64,000 nt of DNA, from NCBI GenBank assembly GCA_963668675.2, contig CAXXMB010000001.1:192001-256000 (forward strand), given 5' to 3'. The position numbers and the translations under genes were made by a program. Below the pieces are notes generated by a model that was not told the origin of the DNA, did no database searches, and was given only the letters and a program-made list of their open reading frames with translations. The stretch is from an uncultured Desulfatitalea sp. GTDB lineage: Bacteria > Desulfobacterota > Desulfobacteria > Desulfobacterales > Desulfosarcinaceae. This document shows, in pieces, positions 58,842 to 64,000 of this stretch; within the stretch, counting starts at the first letter, position 1, and each line of letters opens with the position of its first letter.

Positions 58842-59729
58842 ATGGAATCCACTCTCGATTGTATTGTCTGCTTCGTTCGCCAGTCTCTGGACGCCGCCAG
58901 GATGGTATCGTCGGACCCATCGGTCCACGAACGTATCATGCGCGAGGTGCTGCAATGGACGGCCAATATGGACATGAAAACGCCGCCGCCGGTGCTGGGA
59001 CAACGCATCCACCGACGATTGAGGGAGATCTCCGGCAACACGGATCCTTACCGCGAGGTAAAGGAGCAGAGCAATCGCATGGCCTTGGCGCTGCTGCCCG
59101 ATCTCCGGGCGTCGGTTCAAAATGCTCCGGAGCCGTTGGTCATGGCGCTCCGTCTGGCCTTGGCCGGCAATGTGATCGATATGGGTGTGAGCAGCACCAT
59201 CTCCCTAACCGACATTCAAGAGGCTGTCAGCAGCGCTGTGTCCGAGCCCCTGGTCGGGCCGCTGGCTCAATTCAAGCGGGCGATCTCAGAGGCGCGCACC
59301 ATTTTTTACCTGGCCGACAATGCCGGAGAGATCGTCTTCGATCGACTGCTGATTGAACAGTTGGACCCCGGCCGCGTGACGGTGGCGGTGCGCGGCGCCC
59401 CCGTCATCAATGATGCCACCATCGAGGACGCAAAGGCCGCCGGCCTCGATGAACTGGTTCCCATCGTTGAAAACGCCTCCGATGCACCGGGTACACTGCT
59501 GGCGGATTGCAGTGACGCGTTCAGGAGACGTTTCGAAACTGCCGACCTGGTCATTGCCAAAGGGCAGGGCAACTTCGAGACCCTGAGTATGGAGAAGAGA
59601 AATATCTTCTTCCTCTTCAAGGCCAAGTGCAGTGTCATTGCGGCCCACGTCGGCCTGCCCATGGGAACCCATGTTCTGGCCGTGCCCCAAAGTTCGGGCG
59701 CCGGCAGCAGCGATCCTACCGGGAGGTGA
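58842..59729 (+). CDS. DUF89/ARMT1-like damage-control phosphatase
   Basis: DCIVC, DPY, AGNVID, YLADNAGEIVFD, INDAT, AKGQGNFETL, KC. Confidence 0.9.
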   Translation: MESTLDCIVCFVRQSLDAARMVSSDPSVHERIMREVLQWTANMDMKTPPPVLGQRIHRRLREISGNTDPYREVKEQSNRMALALLPDLRASVQNAPEPLVMALRLALAGNVIDMGVSSTISLTDIQEAVSSAVSEPLVGPLAQFKRAISEARTIFYLADNAGEIVFDRLLIEQLDPGRVTVAVRGAPVINDATIEDAKAAGLDELVPIVENASDAPGTLLADCSDAFRRRFETADLVIAKGQGNFETLSMEKRNIFFLFKAKCSVIAAHVGLPMGTHVLAVPQSSGAGSSDPTGR

Positions 59730-59735
59730 TGCGTT

Positions 59736-60704
59736 ATGGCAGTCCAAGAATACGCTTTTGGTCCTGTACCGTCACGACGCCTGGGGAGGAGTCTTGGCAT
59801 CAACAATATTCCGGCCAAGACATGTAGTTACGCTTGCATATACTGCCAGGTGGACGGCGCCACCCGAATGAAGGCCGACCGTCTCATCTGTTACCGTCCG
59901 GAGGATATCTTCGACGCGGCCCAGAGGCGCGTCGCCAAGGTCCTGTCGGCATCTGAGGGAATTGACTACCTCGCCTTCGTTCCCGACGGGGAGCCCACCC
60001 TGGACATCAGCCTCGGGGAGACCATCGAGCGGCTGCGAACGTTAGGACTTTCCATCGCTGTGATCACCAACAGCTCTCTCCTGTGGCGTGAAGATGTGAG
60101 GGAGGAGCTCGCAGGGGCCAATTGGGTCTCGGTCAAGATCGACACCGTGGAAGAGAAGATCTGGCGCAAGGTGAACCGTCCCCACAAGGCACTGAAGCTC
60201 GAAACAATACTGGAAGGCGTGACCGCTTTCGCAAACCGTTTTGCCGGAAAGCTGGTCACCGAAACGATGCTCGTCGGGGGGGTGAACGACCAGACGGAGG
60301 CTCTCTACGGTCTTGCCGACTTTTTAGGGCGTCTGAATCCCCAGACGGCCTACCTGAGCATCCCGACGCGTCCGCCGGCCGTCAGCTGGGTCCGTTGCCC
60401 GGACGAAGCGAGCCTCAACCAGGCCTTCCAGATCGTATCCGAAAAGGTCGGCCAGGTAGAGTACCTGATCGGTTACGAAGGCAATGCATTTGCCTATTCC
60501 GGAGATATTGAAAAGGATCTTTTGAGTGTTACTGCCGTCCATCCGATGCGGGAAGAGGCGGTGGAGAGCCTATTGTTCCGGGCCGCTGCACCCAGGGAGG
60601 TCGTCGAGAAGCTGTTGGCCAGCGGCGAACTGCAGAAGACGATTTACAACGGACACGCCTTCTATGTGAGAAGCTTCAGAAAGCATTTCATCCCATCGCA
60701 ATGA
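59736..60704 (+). CDS. radical SAM protein
   Basis: FGPVPSRRLGRSLGIN, CSYACIYC, DGEPTL, ITNSSL. Confidence 0.9.
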   Translation: MAVQEYAFGPVPSRRLGRSLGINNIPAKTCSYACIYCQVDGATRMKADRLICYRPEDIFDAAQRRVAKVLSASEGIDYLAFVPDGEPTLDISLGETIERLRTLGLSIAVITNSSLLWREDVREELAGANWVSVKIDTVEEKIWRKVNRPHKALKLETILEGVTAFANRFAGKLVTETMLVGGVNDQTEALYGLADFLGRLNPQTAYLSIPTRPPAVSWVRCPDEASLNQAFQIVSEKVGQVEYLIGYEGNAFAYSGDIEKDLLSVTAVHPMREEAVESLLFRAAAPREVVEKLLASGELQKTIYNGHAFYVRSFRKHFIPSQ

Positions 60705-60710
60705 CAACTG

Positions 60711-62048
60711 CTACCGAATTTGTCCCAAAGAGGTGATGGTTGGCGGCACTGGCAGTTCATGCCTGCCGATTCTCTTGAGAACCAATCGTACGGTCAAGGT
60801 CGAGGCGATATTGGCAAGGCACAGGCCTATGGCGCCTATAAGATTGCCCGGCACCCCCATCCACAGCGCCGTGGTGCTGACGGCGACAATCGCTATGAGA
60901 TAAGCACCCTGTCCGACAATAATGGTTTTGGGTTTGCGCGCGAAACCGGCCAACCCTTCGCTCTGGGCGCGCAGGGCAACACACAGCGGAAAAACAGCCA
61001 GCCCAAAAGCCGCTGCACGGACGATGCCCAGATCAGACGGTGCCAGTTTTTGAAGACCGACGTAGTACCACTCCGCCAGACCGGGCAGTGTGAAAATCAG
61101 CGGCAGCAGGCCCATGAGGGCACCTGCAATGAAGGCAAATGGCAAGGTGCGGCGATCGCGCCCGCTCGGGGCATGAAAGGTCAATACGACCTCTTGGAGT
61201 CTCGTGGCGCCGAAGGCCACCGGTGCAGCCAATCCCAATGCAAGATAGTACGCCGGCAGCATACGCTCGGGCTGATCGGCCCGTGCTATGAAGGCGCCCA
61301 GCAAAAGAGCTGAGATCGTCAAGAGATATCCGCTGATGGAGAGCGGGAGGTTGAACAGGAACAGGGTTCGTTTGAGCGGCGGCGGCTCATCGGAGACCTG
61401 GAGCTGTCTGATGAATGGCGCGGCGAGTATGGCGGATACACTCACCTCCAGGGCCACCGGCAAGGTGAGGCACACCACCGCCCATATCGGGCCTACGGCA
61501 CCAAAATGACAGAACACCGGAGCCAGCAGGGCAGTGATAATGATGCGCATGATCGTCGCCACGCTTGCCCTGAACGATGCCATTCCATTGTACATGCTCA
61601 CCTGGAAGGGAATGCGCAGGAAAAAAAGGAACTGCAGCGGCACGCAGGCCAGCAAGGTGATGTGGGCCGGGCGCGCAATCGAGGGGGGCAGCCCGATGAG
61701 ATCCTCGAAAAGCAGTTCGGCCACTGATGGCAGACACAACAGGGTTTGCATCAATACCACCACTAGCGACAGCCGCAGGGCCACGGTCCGAAATTGGGCG
61801 AACCCCTGGCGATCCTTGCCGAATATCAGACCGGTGGCGATCAGTCCGAAACCCAGCGTGCCCAGCATGAACATCAAGCTGTTGGACTGGGCCAGGCCGG
61901 CCAGATTAAGGGGGCCACCCTCCGACCGCGACGCCACCATGGCCACCAACGGGTATGTCAATCCCTGGGAGGCGGATTGAAGGGCCAGAGGCCAGAAGAA
62001 TCGACTCAGGCGGCCGAAAGTTGGCGCATGTTCCGGTTTCAGATTCAT
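60711..62048 (-). CDS. MATE/MOP-like multi-pass membrane transporter
   Basis: About 12 TM segments, FFWPLALQS N-terminus; the longer ORF start lies inside a repeat. Confidence 0.65.
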   Translation of the reverse strand: MNLKPEHAPTFGRLSRFFWPLALQSASQGLTYPLVAMVASRSEGGPLNLAGLAQSNSLMFMLGTLGFGLIATGLIFGKDRQGFAQFRTVALRLSLVVVLMQTLLCLPSVAELLFEDLIGLPPSIARPAHITLLACVPLQFLFFLRIPFQVSMYNGMASFRASVATIMRIIITALLAPVFCHFGAVGPIWAVVCLTLPVALEVSVSAILAAPFIRQLQVSDEPPPLKRTLFLFNLPLSISGYLLTISALLLGAFIARADQPERMLPAYYLALGLAAPVAFGATRLQEVVLTFHAPSGRDRRTLPFAFIAGALMGLLPLIFTLPGLAEWYYVGLQKLAPSDLGIVRAAAFGLAVFPLCVALRAQSEGLAGFARKPKTIIVGQGAYLIAIVAVSTTALWMGVPGNLIGAIGLCLANIASTLTVRLVLKRIGRHELPVPPTITSLGQIR

Positions 62049-62081
62049 AGGAGCGATGGTTCCTCGTCGCTGTTTAAGATA

Positions 62082-62216
62082 TGATGGCCTCGTAACACGC
62101 TCCTCATGCGTCATGGCGGACTTGATCCGACATCCATAATACTTTGAAAATAAAGTATTATGACCTTTACCGGAATGACGCAGAGAGCACTTTTGAGATT
62201 TTTTACGACCTCATCA
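62082..62216. repeat. MITE/REP-like element, family B
   Basis: TGATGGCCTCGTAA ... TTACGACCTCATCA ends; internal GTCATGGCGG..CCGGAATGAC. Confidence 0.65.
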
Positions 62217-62443
62217 GATAGGATCGGTTCGAATTCCGACGGACGGAAAGTAAAACAATGCGGTCAAAGGGTCAATCGGTTGGTGGCACTATTTTGATAG
62301 AAATGGTTTTGGAGCTCAAATCTCCAGCATGTTTTCGGTGAGGTAGCTCACATGGCCCTGCATGCTCTCGACAGATTCGGGTTGTTCTTGTATGTTGCCT
62401 ATGTTGTTGCCATCCACCACTTCATTGGAATCGAGGATCGCTG

Positions 62444-62887
62444 ATGAGAGAACCGAGAGAGTTCGAACCACTTCCCCCGAATTTTGAAAAAGCACTGCTG
62501 AAAAAAGCACAAACCGTTCATCCGTTCTGGAACCTGTTGGGGATGGAGTTGACCGACGTAAGAAAAGGGTGGGCGGTCATACGGCTGCCGTTCGAGAAGA
62601 AATTGACCCAGGCGGACGGCATCGGCCATGGCGGGGCCGTCTTCTCAGCCGCCGATGCGGCCGTTGCTATGGCATTGATCGGTCTGATTGAGCGCAACGA
62701 GACCATGGTGACAATTGAGATGAAGATCAACTACTTAAAGCCATTTGTGGACAGTGTGCTTCTGGCCGAGGCGAGCATCGTCCAAAAGGGATCTCGGACC
62801 GCTTTGGGGGAAGTAGATGTAATGACCGAGAATGGTGACAAGATCGCCAAGGGGCTGGCCACATACATGATTATTCCCAAGTCATAG
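62444..62887 (+). CDS. PaaI family thioesterase
   Basis: PFWNLLG, GIGHGGAVFSAADAA, TIEMKINYLKP. Confidence 0.88.
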   Translation: MREPREFEPLPPNFEKALLKKAQTVHPFWNLLGMELTDVRKGWAVIRLPFEKKLTQADGIGHGGAVFSAADAAVAMALIGLIERNETMVTIEMKINYLKPFVDSVLLAEASIVQKGSRTALGEVDVMTENGDKIAKGLATYMIIPKS

Positions 62888-62896
62888 CCTTTCGGA

Positions 62897-64000
62897 TCAT
62901 GGATGGTGATCCGGATCTTTGTCGTGGTCCGGGTGCTCATGGTCATGATAGCGGCGGGGTCGGTGGTCGTGCTCCTGGGCTTCGCCGGGATGGCTGTGAG
63001 CGAAGCGGTGAGGGTGTTCGTGGGCGTGCACGTGGAGATGCTCGTGCTCGGTCTGCCCATGGCGATGGGGATGGGTGTGCAGGTGCCGGTGCGGGTGGCT
63101 GTGCTCGTGTTCGTGCTGCAGGGTGCGGATGGCGTCGCTGCCGTTACGGCGGAAGGCATAGGCGAGTCCGTTGAGATTGCCGAGCCTAGGGTCTTGTATG
63201 AACGCTTCGGTTGAGATGTCTTCGAGTATCAACCCTTGATGCATGACCAGCGTTCGACAGGTCAGGGCCTTGACGAAGAATATGTCGTGGCTGACGAGCA
63301 GCAGGGTGACGTCGAGGTCGCGCAAGATGTTGAGCAGCAGCTCTTCTCCCTGTGGATCGAGTCCGGCCGTGGGTTCGTCCAGGATCAGCAGTTTGGGCTT
63401 CATGGCCAGCACACAGGCCAGGGCCAGGCGCTTGCGTTCGCCGCCGGACATGTGCAGGGGGACACGGGTTTCGAATCCCTCCAGATGCACCAGGGCGAGC
63501 ACTTCGGTGATGCGTTGAACTATGTCGGATGCGCTGATGCCGATCTGCTGCATGCCGAAGGCGATCTCCTCCTCTACACTGGGGCAGAAGAGCTGGTCGG
63601 CGCTGTCTTGGAAGACCATGCCCACTTGGCGCCATAGGTGTTTGCGCTTTTTGCGATTCACCGGTTCGCCTTCGAAGCGGTAAGAACCGTGGCCTTGCTG
63701 CAGTCCGAGCAGGCAGGAGAGCAGAGTGGTTTTGCCGGCACCGTTTTCGCCAACCATGGCGATCCGGTCCCCCAGTGGTATCGTCATGTCGATGCCCTTT
63801 AGCGCCTTGGTGCCGTCCGGGTAGCGAAAATCGTATCCCTGCATCTCCACGATCGGTGCGGACGGCAGCGCGGAGCGCCCCTCAGACTCGAAAGGTTCAC
63901 AAGAAAGGCTGTTGGCTGCAGCTTCATCGTGCGCGTCGCCCACCACCAGCCTGAAGGAGAAGTCTAGGCCGTGGGAGCGCAACTCCCCGCGTTGTGAAAC
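62897..64000 (-). CDS. cbiO: CbiO/EcfA-type ABC ATPase with long His-rich C-terminal tail (frame open to window edge)
   Basis: GENGAGKTT, FQDSADQLF, MSGGERKR, ILDEPTAGLD, SHD; HEHEHSHPHRHLHTH.. tail. Confidence 0.85.
   Translation of the reverse strand, partial: VSQRGELRSHGLDFSFRLVVGDAHDEAAANSLSCEPFESEGRSALPSAPIVEMQGYDFRYPDGTKALKGIDMTIPLGDRIAMVGENGAGKTTLLSCLLGLQQGHGSYRFEGEPVNRKKRKHLWRQVGMVFQDSADQLFCPSVEEEIAFGMQQIGISASDIVQRITEVLALVHLEGFETRVPLHMSGGERKRLALACVLAMKPKLLILDEPTAGLDPQGEELLLNILRDLDVTLLLVSHDIFFVKALTCRTLVMHQGLILEDISTEAFIQDPRLGNLNGLAYAFRRNGSDAIRTLQHEHEHSHPHRHLHTHPHRHGQTEHEHLHVHAHEHPHRFAHSHPGEAQEHDHRPRRYHDHEHPDHDKDPDHHP

Noticed and set aside
1..64000. CRISPR array, tRNA/rRNA genes, integron integrase, transposase, T6SS core genes
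   Set aside because: No regularly spaced repeat-spacer units, RNA gene signatures or matching protein motifs were seen

Overview
Bacterial chromosomal window, probably from a sulfate-reducing deltaproteobacterium (Desulfobacterota-like; inferred from gene content and repeat families). It has five blocks. (1) 0.4-7.2 kb: orphan T6SS spike island with a MORN/YwqK-like protein, a VgrG carrying a ~270-aa acidic disordered N-terminal extension, PAAR, DUF4123, an acidic adaptor and an unknown effector candidate. (2) 7.2-14.5 kb: mixed genes (ABC1/UbiB kinase, double CDP-alcohol phosphatidyltransferase, khpA, frameshifted HIRAN gene, ilvD). (3) 14.8-24.0 kb: second VgrG island of the vgrG1b type (DUF6484, DUF4150 PAAR, thiolase-like, AHH nuclease, two immunity proteins, DUF2169, HEAT/TIGR02270). 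(4) 24.3-43.1 kb: a run of almost entirely minus-strand accessory genes with duplicated cfa, ybaK and amidase genes, gene remnants and eroded attC-like palindromes, resembling a decayed integron cassette array. It includes a MACPF-like/tail-collar fusion and a secreted transglutaminase-like protein. (5) 43.5-64 kb: ppc, acyl-CoA dehydrogenase, an uncharacterised DUF2760 (GrpE-like) plus two-Hsp70 operon, and a divergent sigma54-type metal-cofactor cluster (CooT, CooC, IscU-like, NifX-like, CGGC, DUF89, radical SAM), followed by a His-tailed ECF ATPase. Several MITE/REP-like repeats overlap stop codons. No rRNA, tRNA, CRISPR array, integrase or transposase was recognised. All family assignments are by eye from motifs; no database search was run.
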